Positions 11,746 to 23,479 of a DNA stretch of 64,000 bases are shown piece after piece. A program made the position numbers and the translations under genes. The number at the start of each line of letters is the position of its first letter. Position 1 is the first letter of the stretch. The notes below the pieces were generated by a model that worked only from the letters and a program-made list of their open reading frames with translations, searched no databases and had not been told where the DNA came from. This stretch comes from Takakia lepidozioides (taxonomy: Eukaryota > Plantae > Bryophyta): positions 5,332,001 to 5,396,000 of the forward strand of contig CM060732.1 of NCBI GenBank assembly GCA_030704615.1. The letters are read 5' to 3'.

Positions 11746-12375
11746 CTAAGTGCAGGTCATGGAAAAAAACAAAACTACAGCTTATCTTCTCTGTCCGCAG
11801 CTTGCCTCTACCACCACCACCACCAGCAACGCCTCCCCCTTGAGTGTCCTTCTTCCTCCCCATCGCCGCAACATCTCGTTGCCTCGGGGTGGTATAGTAT
11901 AAGGCCGAGATGCGGCACCTCCGTCTCCTCTTCGCAACGGGAGTCTCCAGGGTGTAGAGTCTAGAGACGTGTTAAGTGCTTGTGTAGTTTGTGTGTGTTT
12001 GTTTGGGGGAGTGGCAAGGGATAATGTGCAAGTATACTAGACTACGTTAGTGTAGTAATGATACTGGGTTAGTCATGTAGTAATGGCAACAAGTTTAACT
12101 GAATAGAAACAACTTATTAACAAAAAAGTAGAGGTTGTTTCATTGAATAGAGCATGGCTTGGTGGTAAGGGTGTGGTGTATTTTCCACTAGGTCGCGGGT
12201 TCAAACCTGTGCCCGCCAAGGAGAGAGGGGGGCGAGGGCGGAAAGCTAAGGCCTTCTTAAAAAGGCCAAATTGGCCAAATCTGAAATGTGAACCTTTTTT
12301 ATACACTCTGGTGTTAGTGCTTTTTGGACTACATGGGTTACACGTGGATCCTCAGAAGATGGTTGTACGATTGAC

Positions 12376-15300
12376 ATGTTACTTTGTGACGACGCCTTCA
12401 TAATACAATATAAAGTAAGTGATAAAGTAAGTGAATATTTTGTTATGGGTGTCTTAATCAATTTATTGGTTTGGTTATGCAATAGATTCAAACTTGTTCC
12501 GGGTTCAGTTTTTTTGGAGGATGATGGAGATGATGATGCCTCCACAGTGTTGCTTCCAGTTTTCAATGACGGCCAAAAGCAATGGGAGTTGTTTCCAGAC
12601 ACTTTCTCCAAGTACCGTGTCACAGGTACGAGCTATACACAGTCACATGATGAGAGGCACACTTCTACTGCAAGAAAGAACAATCAAGCTGCAACAAATG
12701 GGAGTTGTAAATTGAAGGAGGAGGTTGCAGATTCGGCGAGCTTGGGGTCTCATAATTCGGATTGTGTTGAGGTCTCTAAGAGTGTATTTTGTGGATCTCA
12801 ACCTTCCTTATCTGCTCATACGGTCTTGCTTCACGACATGAAGCCTCGGAAAACTCCATTGGACAACACCACGTCTGATTGTTGCGAATCTGCGAGGGGT
12901 TTATCTTCATCTCCATGACTAGCAGGGGAGGCTACATCAGCATTTCCTTCTGGTGTGTTGTCCATTTTGAGTATCTTGGCCACTGCTCGGAGGAATGGAT
13001 CAAAATGAGAGCTTTCTACCTTGGACTATAGTCACATTCCAGTGCATCGTGTTCGGTGTCTTCCTCGAGCTTTTGATGGAAAAGTGATCCACGAACTCCC
13101 CCCCATGGTCAAACTACGTACGGACCGTGGTTCACAGTCCCTCCAAGGCATGGACCGCAAGTTTGATGGTCATCCTTGGTGCAAGACCAATACCTACAAT
13201 ATGTCTGGTGTTCCAGATCATGTGAAATGTAGTAAGGTTCTTTGTGTTGGAAAGCTCATATGTCAAAGCAGCACTTGCCCCTTCTTCAAGAAAGAAGGAG
13301 AACGGAATGACCGCTATTGGGAAGGCAATGCAAACAAGGTGTTCATTGCAGGAGCCCAAGTTCCATTCAACCAGTTCAAGTGTAGTTTCTGCAAAGAAAG
13401 ACCTTTCTGTGAGGCGCATTGTGGGGCAAGAATGTACTATGTCACAAGTTCCCTTCCAACATATACACGTGTTGCAGTTCACATTGGGTTTCATAACCAT
13501 CCATGTGCCAAGGGCGAGAATAGAGAGGCTGCGGAAAATGCATCAAGCATGATTCAAGAGCACGTTAAGATGAAGCCATGGTCGACCCTGGGAGCTATTT
13601 CCTTGTCAATGGCCCATAAGCTCTTGATTGATTGAGTTCTTGTGGCTGATGGCACAGAGACAGTATGTCTTGAGGGAGAGGCTTTGGAAGATATTCTTGA
13701 AGATTTTGCCCATGTTTGTAGCCCCAATGTGAAAAACAAGGTCGCATCTGCACGTGTCAATTCCATCATGTCCATATTGGAGTTGAAGCGTCTGAGTACA
13801 TACCATTTCATTCACAGCAATCTCCTTCCAGACAAGCATATTTCTCATCTCCCCCATGTTTTCAAGATGTCTGTTGCTGGTCCCGGGAGTGGTGTTGATC
13901 TTGTGCGTCGCATGAGTGAGGGGGATCTACGCACAAGTTGGGTAGTATTTGACCATGTTAAACGCATCAAGGATTGGACAACTCTTGCGTGTCATGTCTA
14001 TGAACCATATGTCAAGCGAATGATGACCATTGCCATTTGCGATATGAAAACAGAAGATGCAGATGCTCAGGTGTTATTCTGGGAGATGATCAATGAACAA
14101 GCAAAACTTGCTGGGTTGAACAAACCAAATTTTGCTGGCTTCATGGCGGATGCAGCAGGAGCGAATTGGGCTGCTGTTCGAAGGGTTTATGGATCTGATC
14201 CCAATGTCCCAATGGAAGGTAAAGAAAGAACATGTTTATATAATTGGGCTGAAAGCCTCCGAAGACACACCAACGACTATATCTTGGAGGACTTCCGTGA
14301 AAGGCACACTCAGCTCTGTTATGAATGGAGAGATAGTGCTACCTTGGAGGATGCTACAACCACATACATTGCAATTCGGGCTTGGTGGCTCTCTTCAGGA
14401 GCATGCACAGAAAAGAGTCTGCCAAAACTGGATTCATGGCTTACATGGTGGCACTACAGATATCGAATGTGGGGCCAATGGATGAGAGGGGACATGGATG
14501 TGGAGGCAGATGCAGATATGCCTACCACTAATTTGTCTGAGGCAGTCCATTCTGCTTGGTGGAAGACAGCAGGCAATGGGAAAAAAATGAAGGTGGATCT
14601 ATATGAGGCCACCATGCATGACATGTCACAAGCTCTTTTGCAGCAGACAACATTTTACATGCACACCACAGGAAAGACATGGGGGACGGGGTCCGACAAA
14701 GAGGAGCTCATGTTGCGTCAAGCAGCTAGATCTAATAGCCCAGCAAAAATGGGTAAGGTTGTACGTGGCATAGTAGCTGGAACACCCATGCACACAAGGG
14801 GGGTTCAATTGGAGGGAGACAATCGCACTGTTCCAGTCAAACGCAAGTTAGGCGATGAGCATGGTGGGCCAAACGAATCTTGGAGGTGTGATATGAATGT
14901 AAAGACCGTTCCAGTGCGTGCCACTAGGATGCCCAGTCCACACCAACCATCTAGGTTTGTCAGCTCCAAATCAAGTCATGACATTCCTGGTTCTTCGACT
15001 TTCTGTGAGACAAATCCACATGTTGCTATCCCTCCTCAGCCAATGCAATGGGGAAATCCAGTGAGAGAGACACAAGACTTTTTCGATGCATTGTTCAGGA
15101 TTTAGCGGACATGTCCTGCTTCCATGGTTTGTTGTTCTGCCTTGGTTGGAGTTTCCAAGGATAAATGCAAAGCGCTCATCAGGAAAGGTAAAGGAAGTCC
15201 TGCACCTTGCTTCACTGGCAAGTTACTAGCACCGAACATGAAATAACCAAAACTGTAAGTTTTTTGGTTTTGCCCCACAGATGTTTTGTCGTGTGTTGGA

Positions 15301-15914
15301 GGGACCGTGCCATCCTATTGCTTGGGAAAACCAGGTATACCTAACGTGTGGCCTGTGAAGGTTGGAACCAACTAACACAAGAAGAGGTGGACAACTTGAC
15401 CCTTGCAGGTTTTCGACTAGTCCATCCTCCCAACGTTCCTGATCCGAACTTTCCTGTGGGACCACTTCCAGAGGAACAACATATTCATCAAGGTGTTGTC
15501 CTTCCTGTGGGTAAGTATCCCACTACACGCTATGGGGTGCGCATTCGGCGTCGGGATCCGACTCCTTGACACTTGAGTCGCCAAGAGTCAGCGGAGACTC
15601 TTATTGCTGAGGTTCGTGGATTCAGAAACGTGCCTCAGCCAGGTTATGGGAGAATTTACCAGCTACAAACAGAGGGATCTACCAGAGCAGGATTGGTTTA
15701 CAATGTATACATTGGTTAGTTTCCATCTTGTGATTGTCCCAACTTTGATGAGCTATCTGTCAAGAAGAAAAAACAAACATATCTACCTTGTAAGCACATG
15801 TACTTCATGTACAACGTGCATCTAGGATGCGCCGGGGCTTATGAGATCCACCAACCTTCCCTTAGCCAGTTAGAGGTTAGGGCTATGCTAAAGAAGGACC
15901 CTAGTTCAACTTAG
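12376..15914 (+). pseudogene. MULE transposase copy 1 (in-frame stops and frameshifts; intronless)
   Basis: GMDRKFDGHPWCK...C..C...HIGFHNHP (WRKY/GCM1-like); VFDHVKR; FMADAAGANW; RTCLYNW; TTNLSEAVH; SWIM CDC...CKH near 15730-15800. Confidence 0.9.
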
Positions 15915-16394
15915 TGACACATGAAATGCACAAAAAAAGAACCTCTAACTTGTGCCGTTCATTTTCATGCATGTGACATGTAATTATCTTGTTACTACTT
16001 TATTCCAAACATGACACATAGCATTTGTTAGTACAGAAGTTCCTATTTTGGTTAAAATGGAACTTGTGTACCTGTCATACAAGTTTTCAAATTATAGAAC
16101 TGCTTGGCATTACAAACAGACATGCAATGTGGTGGTTCCAAACATGACACATATGCATTTGTTAGTACAAAAGTCCATATTTTGGTTGATATGAAACTGT
16201 TTTCCTTGAATACAAGTTTGCAAACTATTACTTTGGCCAGGGATCTTGTATTCTCTTCAGTTTAAGGTGGTGCATTAGTTGGAGTTAAGGGTCACATGCA
16301 TCTTTGACCATTGACTACTGATTTTGTTAGCTAAGATTTTTTTTTTTCCTTGATGTCATTGGATACATATGAGATTGCACTTGGGCTTAAATGA

Positions 16395-18885
16395 CAGTGG
16401 ACGTTTGTGTTTGCAATGCGTGTGCAAGCCTGGAAGCTCTGGAAAAGGGGAAAGAGGTCTATGGTGACATTGTCAAAGCTGGATTTATTCCAGATGTCAT
16501 CCTGAACACTGCCTTGGTGGACATGTATGCCAAATGTGGGTGCATTAAGGATGCGAAGGGAGTTTTCAACACTATGGCTGAACAAGATGTGGTATCGTGG
16601 AACGCGATGCTTGCAAGATATGCACCAGTGTTGGGCGGTTCTTAGCTTTTTTAAATATCCGCCGGGTCGGGATACTTGACAAATTAGAAAATGATATATC
16701 CTGCGGATCCGGATAATAGAATAATCTGCATTTCTAATATCCGCCGGTTATGCATAGTAGAAGTTTTTAAAAAATCTGCCGGATATAAATAATTCCGGAT
16801 ATTCAGATTATTATATTCGGCGGTTATAGAGTAATCCGGATATATGAATTATAAAAATAATTTTTTTAATTTTTTCATTTAATCAATTTAAATCATTACA
16901 ATTTTAATAAAATGTTATTAGTTTTTTAATTAATATTTCTTATATCCGGTTGAGATTCGGTATTTTTGTTACATATCCGGATACAATCCGGTTATTAATC
17001 TTTTTTATATCCGACGGGTAGGATCATATCCGGATCCTCTGTTTTATGTATCCGTCGGATATAAATAATAGTCGGATATGAAATAGCTGCCGGATCCGGA
17101 TACACTGGGATCCGGATTGATATCCGGATTTTGATATCTGGATCACTCTATATCCGCCCAACACTGGTATGCAGAGCGGGGCGTGGGATATGGAGGCTTT
17201 GGAGACATATGAGCAAATGATGGGGGAAGGGGTGAAGCCCGACCCCATCACGTTTGTGTGCGTTTGTAGTGCGTGTGCAAGCATGGCAGCCCTGGAAAAG
17301 GGCAAAGAGGTGCATGGTTGCATAGTCAAAGCTGGAATTGTACCTGATGTCATTCTGAACACTGCCCTGGTGGACATGTAGGCCAAATGTGGGTGCGTTA
17401 AGGATGCGGAGGGAGTGTTCAACAATATGGCTGAACGAGATTTGGTGTCATGGAACGCCATGCTTGCAGGATATGCACAGCAGGGGCGTGGGATGGAGGA
17501 CTTGGAGACCTATGAGCAAATGATGGGGGAAGGGGTGAAGCGCAACAACATCACCTTTGTGTGCATTTGCAATGCTTGTGCAAGCCTGGCAGCCCTGGAA
17601 AAGGGCAAAGAGGTGCATGGTGACATCCTCAAAGCTGGAATTGTACCAAATGTCATTCTGGACACTGCCCTGGTGGACATGTATGCGAAATGTATACCGA
17701 TTTCTATTTTTACGCTTAAGATCCGGGTAGAAGTAAAGGCCCGTCGTGACCTTGGTCTGCTAACAGACGTTCTTGCTATTTTTCGAACTCATTTGAGCAA
17801 AATCTGGCTATCGTGACAAGTTCTCTCGTTTATGGTTTGAGGAGATGGCTGAATGTGCAACTCGTCGCTAATTTATTGCTTTCAAACTTCTCCGATACTG
17901 CTGTCGACAGATGGGAATCCAGCGAAAGGGTTAAAGAGGTCATGGTGACAACCCAAAAACAAGAAATGTGCCTGTTGTCATTCTAAATGCATCGATTCTT
18001 AAGGGGGTGCTGGACCAGGTTGCTGCCACCTATGTGTTGTCTTCAAGCATCTCTGCTGCGGCTGGTTGGTGGGGTGATATTGAAAGGGTGAAATAAATGC
18101 TGAAGTTCCGAGAGGTTGGCAAGGAGGCAGGTCGCCGATGCTTTGTGGCGGACACCATGGAAGCATGGTTGGGGAGCCTGTGGATGTATGTGCAAATGAT
18201 ACTGGAAGAGGTGAAGCTAAACATATGTGTCTGCTATGCTTGTGTCAACCTGACAGACCTGGTTAAGGACAAAGAGGCTCATGCCAACATGTACAAAGGG
18301 GGAATTGTGCCAAATGCCTTTGTGAATAGTAACCTGGCGAACCTGTATGCTACACACAGCAGCATTACACATGCGAAAGGAGTACTTGCCGACATGGCTG
18401 AACACAAAATGATGTCATGGAGTGCAATGCATGCTGCAGGTTATAACCAACATAGTTGTGGCTTGGGGGTTCTTGAGATATACCAATCCATTTGCTGGAT
18501 GCTGCAGATTCATGCTCTAAGTGAAACTTATGATATATCCCAGCATCTACTTAACACCCACTCAACATCTCAGCGGCCTCATTCCACCCCCTGTCCAGGG
18601 TACTTGCTATTTGATTTAAACATTCAGTATGGTAGGAAGCATTGCCAACAACTGGGCATGCTGAATATCATGACTAAAGAATGTGCAAATGATCTGCCTT
18701 TGCACGGATATGCTCAAGTTGGTTTTGAAATGGAATCTCTAGGGTTGTATAAACAAATGATGTTGAAAGGGGTTAAGTGTAACAGAGACACGGCCACGTG
18801 CAGTTGCATGGCTTTTGTGAACCCGGCTGAACTAGAAGGGGACAAAGAGGTTCATGGCAGCATGCCAGAAGTGGGAATTTTGTAG
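16395..18885 (+). pseudogene. PLS-class PPR pseudogene fragments
   Basis: Repeated GVKPDPITFVCVCSACASMAALEKGKEVHG...NTALVDMYAKCG...DVVSWNAMLAGYAQQG, with stops and insertions. Confidence 0.9.
16626..17166. mobile_element. hAT-like MITE (541 bp) inserted in a PPR repeat
   Basis: 13-bp TIR CAGTGTTGGGCGG / CCGCCCAACACTG; degenerate 8-bp TSD ATATGCAC/GTATGCAG; dense ATCCG/CGGAT motifs; AT-rich core. Confidence 0.85.
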
Positions 18886-19827
18886 ATGTGTGCACAGAGT
18901 TGTGGGCAAAGAGGGACTTGGGCCGAGGGTTGGTGACTCCAGATACTCTGTTATGTCGCTTGTTGTTGCACAAGGGCATGATAGTGTATTCGTCAAGCGA
19001 GAGTTTTGAGATTCGAGCTAGACCGTTCTGGAGGTCATGGGATATCTTTGACGCAGCCATTGAGCGTTGCCCACCTTCTCCCATTAGGGAGAAAGCTCAC
19101 TCATTTGCTATGGCATTTGGGGGGGGGGGGGCTTACCTACCGAGCTTCCCCCTCCTGACGCTGAGCTACAGAGCTTCCTTTCCCTCCCAGAGTTTGCCAC
19201 ATTTACCTTACAACAGGTTAAAAGAATGTGTGAGAGTGATGACAATGACTACAGCCAAGAGGAGCTGGACCTGATACAAAAAAGAGAAGACCTTGACCAA
19301 GCCCTACTTGCTTTTCAACGAGTGTACTTGGAGATACCAACAAAGTGTTGGAGCAGCTCGCATCAACTACAATCCAGGTGAGGACACTATTTAAGTAGTA
19401 TAGTTCGGGCTTTCCAGATATCCTCTAGAAAACCCTCCACTCTGTGTACGCATCTTCATTGCAACAGACACTGAGAGACTCAGAAGCAGGAAAGATACAT
19501 ATACCCATCAGGTCAAAGAAAAGAGAAGTACCTGAGCAGCACGTGGAAACCGTGTTCCAGCAGCTAATGTTCGGAGGCATGGTCACCAATGTAATCTTCT
19601 ATTTTGCCTAGCCTGATGTAGGGTTTGTGCAGAGACCTCATCTCTGGCCATGTCTACTTACTTTAGCAGCTCCCTCCATCTTACTATCTATGAGACTCAA
19701 GCCCTGCTAGCAGTGCAAACAGAAAAGAGATCCAAGCGAAACAAGAGACTCAGAATGGACACCAACCTGGTCAGAGCTGGCAATTTCTGATTGTGTGGTT
19801 GAGAGAGAGAGAGAGACAGAGATGACA
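18881..19827. mobile_element. Possible solo LTR (about 947 bp)
   Basis: TGT...ACA ends, ATTT on both flanks, CTATTTAAG TATA-like motif at about 19387; begins where PPR homology stops. Confidence 0.35.
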
Positions 19828-21248
19828 ATTTTCAGATGGTGGGTCAACTCGTATGGCTGCTTGCAAGGTTACTGTTAGGTAGCTTATCCAACATGTTGTA
19901 ATGATTCTCTCCACAACGATATGGAACCTTGAAAGCATTTTACCAAGTCAAATGAAACATCTTGGCAAAGCATAAATGCCACAATAGATGTCCTTCATGT
20001 TCCTCTGAAAGTTATCATGAATCTGTCATTCTAAGCTACTTCTCTTTTTAGGTCAACTTGCAGTAAGGAAATATACATGTGACCACATGGTAAATTGCAC
20101 ACCATGACAAGACCCTCCTGAGGGATCCAACTATCGTAGACCTGACCCCTACACTAACATTCCTGGCATGCATGACTCTCTGGCCAGAAATTGGATATAC
20201 TAGTTTGTTTCACCACTTGTTTCATACCACTATGCACTGACAAGCAGTTCAGTACCAAAGGTCAGTGTAATGTTCTACTCCTTGTGAGCCAAAAGAGAGG
20301 TTAAGATTCTGTTAAGATTGCAGCAGAAAGCTCCTCACCTGTGGGTTCCCAGCAATGCTGCTCTTGGAAAGCCTGCCATCATAGGAGGAACTTTGTCAAT
20401 GCATAGTCACCACCTGCATCACAAATATGTGGTTCAGCAGTCCACTAACATTGAAATGAGGGGATTTTGAATGTAAACAATTCATACAAAAGCTTAATCT
20501 GTACTCCAATGACACCAATTGTACTCACCAAAAAACACACTGTCTCATGTGAAGGTCTATCAAGGGAAAGAGCTGCAGGCCTTTCAAATGCAATGGGAGG
20601 CATGCAACGGAATCGAGAATTTCTTCTGTAGACCTATTGTGGAGTCATTCCACAAGCTGGGATTTGTTGAAAAAGAGACAATCGATGCAAAAGGCCTGAC
20701 ACAGTGTTGGTTAAGCAATGCATGGAAACAATTTTGGTCAAGTCCTTTCCTGTACAGCTCCATCTTTGGGGGCTGCTATTTCATGAGCCATGAGCAGAGT
20801 CGTAAGTGTCGAAAAAACCATGAGCAGGATATTTTTTCGGAAATGATTGTCCACGGGAATAGGGTTTAGGGTGTCACAATCATAGGGGGACAAGGACCAC
20901 CCGACGAATGAGGTTGGGCAATGTTTTTTAGAATTACATATTGAAAGGCAATGTTTTGCGAATGGTAGGGTGGTACTGCTCTGGACAATGGGCGCCCATT
21001 ACAGCCTACCAGCCACTTCCAAAATCCACCCCCACTCCCAATCCGAAACAAAATGACGAATGATGCATTGTGAGAACGATGGATACAGAATAGAACAAAA
21101 ATGAGGGCACAATGGGGTTTTTATTGATCCACATGAATTGCATTTGAAGCATGTCTACTGTGTTGATGGTGCAAACAAATCTATAGCCCTGTGCCTTCTG
21201 AATACAAGTCACGTTGTCAACGGAACTTCAACTGCTCTGAAAACTAGC

Positions 21249-21756
21249 TCATGAGTCATCGGGCTCCTCCAGGTAAACTGGATTGCAGCCACCGCCCCTG
21301 TTGATGTTCACCACAATGTCATGCCCCTCAATCATACCACCATCGCTTCACTTTTTCGTCCTCCACACCAATGCGAATGTCCCCATACAATGGAGAAGAG
21401 GAGCGCACTCCTTCAGGAGTATACGTCTCTCCAATGGAGTCCACCCACGTCCACTGGCAGCAGTTCCACCGCAATAGCATAGCAGTGCGCATTCTTCTGC
21501 ATGGGTGCCCGCCGTAGCTGGGAAAATCGGAATCAAGGATGTGCAGGAGCCACGGACTCCTCAGACCAAGATCGTCACCTTGCTCGAAGCCGTAGTAGCC
21601 TGGGATATACTCAAAAGCTGACAATGTTTCTACATTCGCCCCACTATCTTCTGTGGAAACTATGTGCCAGATAACGATGTCTCCCGATGTGGCCATATAC
21701 ATTGCATAATCGAAGCCTCCATAAGGGCAGTTGTCCTGGTTCCACAAGCACGACAT
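21249..21756 (-). pseudogene. Unknown small MULE cargo protein, paralog A (one frameshift near the C-terminus)
   Basis: MSCLWNQDNCPY...SGDIVIW...RWNCCQW...PLYGDIR...GHDIVVN; homologous to paralog B. Confidence 0.65.
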
Positions 21757-22286
21757 CCTTGCAAAAGAGGCCCTGAGACGTGTTTGTTGCCAATGACAAT
21801 GACCTTGCAGACAACAACGAAGCCCTTTGATTTTCCAAATGATGAGAAGTGGAAGAGCATTGCGGGCTCCAATAATGGAGGAAGTGGGTCCCACCTACCC
21901 ACCTATCATGGTGAACCGTTTACTTTTTCTCATCCACGGGGAACAGTCGGCCATCTGCCACCGAAGTCCATCATTCGGCGCCGCATTTATGTCGAAGGGG
22001 AGATGGATGAAGTCGTCTCGAGTGGCTATAGGCCCACCTGGCACTTACGGCCCATAGTTTGCATGACACGGAAAGAAACTGAAACGGCTACATTCATGAA
22101 GTAGCCAATCTTCAGCCGTGCAGTTCCTGTAAGGGGGAAATTTAAATGTGCCATGGAGTGTAAGTGAGGGATTGCAGCGTTTGCAAACACATTGTCATCT
22201 CCTTGCACTACTTCCTGCCACCGCGTTGTTGCCTCCTCCATCCTGAGCTGCTGTCATTCAGCGTACTCCGCTACTCTTTTGCAAGG

Positions 22287-22772
22287 ATGTCGTGCCGCCG
22301 CAATCCTGCTGACTGCCCTTATCATGGCCACGATTATGCGATATTCAAACCCAAATCAGGAGACATCATTTTCTGGCTCTTTGTTTTCACTGACGCTTCT
22401 GGAGTCAAGCGGGAGTCATTGCGCGCAATGGAGTATTTGGAGGACTATAACCGCTTTGTGCGAGGTGAAGGCGAGGGTCAATGCGGTCCATGGGTGCTGC
22501 AAATTGTTGACCTCGATATACCAAGCTGGAATGGGATGCTGGACAAATCACGCACGGCCTCGCTTTGGCGCTGGAACTGCTGCCAGTGGGCCAGAGAGGA
22601 CTGCACTTGGGAAAACTATATTCGTGGAGTTCACTCCGCTCTTCCAGTGTATGGAGACATTCGGCTGAATTGCAAAGACGAATCACACGGGCACATGAGG
22701 CCCACAGTGACCCTGTCAATGTACGATGGTGGTATCATTGATGGGCATGACATTGTCGTCAACCCATATTGA
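22287..22772 (+). CDS. Unknown small MULE cargo protein, paralog B (about 161 aa)
   Basis: MSCRRNPADCPY...SGDIIFW...RWNCCQW...PVYGDIR...GHDIVVN. Open frame, with protein-level conservation to paralog A. Confidence 0.65.
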   Translation: MSCRRNPADCPYHGHDYAIFKPKSGDIIFWLFVFTDASGVKRESLRAMEYLEDYNRFVRGEGEGQCGPWVLQIVDLDIPSWNGMLDKSRTASLWRWNCCQWAREDCTWENYIRGVHSALPVYGDIRLNCKDESHGHMRPTVTLSMYDGGIIDGHDIVVNPY

Positions 22773-23219
22773 TGTGTGTGTCCCACACAAACCACCATAA
22801 TCTTTGCCGTCATTGCCAGGTTTATTATCAAGATGAAAACCCACCAAGGGCACCAGATCGACCGCAATGCAGTTTACGTGGAGGTGTCGCGTCTCTAATG
22901 AGCTTGTATTGAGGGCTATCGAAGTTCCCTCGACTTGGTGATGCCCATGTAGAAGGCGGAAGGGTTTAGATTTGTTTGGACTTGCTTAATGTGAGACACC
23001 GTGTTCGATCAATAAAACAACCCTTCGTGCCCTCACTTCTGTGTACTGTGTTTCCTTGTATTCAATGAACTGCTGTTATTGGCCCACTGTTTAGAATTTG
23101 TGGTCTCATTTGTACAATGTGTCTCTCCACATCAATATATCAGAGTTAGCGATATCAGAGTCCTAAGGTCGAAGAAATCCATCTTTGAAGAAACGGAAAC
23201 ATGTACATGCCCAAGCTCG

Positions 23220-23452
23220 GAAATGCAGCACCGCATTTCCTTTCTTTCCATGCATTGATGTCCGGCAGGTTCCACTCCACCGTTCTGGTCACAACAGAAA
23301 TGCGGTACCGCATTTTCTTTGTTGACATGGCATTTCCATACTTCGAATTGGAAATGTGGCACCACATTCCCATATTCGACCTTCAATTGTCCAAGCATGT
23401 CCAATTGTCAAAGCATGTCCATGTCCGTTCTGGAAATGCGGCACCGCATTTC
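23220..23452. repeat. Cluster of four GAAATGCG-N4-CGCATTTC palindromes (also at about 26378, 26520, 41518, 41660)
   Basis: Directly visible, e.g. gaaatgcggcaccgcatttc at about 23433. Confidence 0.85.
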
Positions 23453-23479
23453 CATATCCATCATAGAAATTTCATATTG

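Noticed and set aside
17694-17925. Foreign-looking 230-bp insert in a PPR repeat (possible organellar DNA)
   Set aside because: Origin cannot be established without a search; no recognisable gene.
19828-20767. Possible highly degraded PPR coding sequence (QGKELQA...HKLGFVE)
   Set aside because: Similarity too weak to call.
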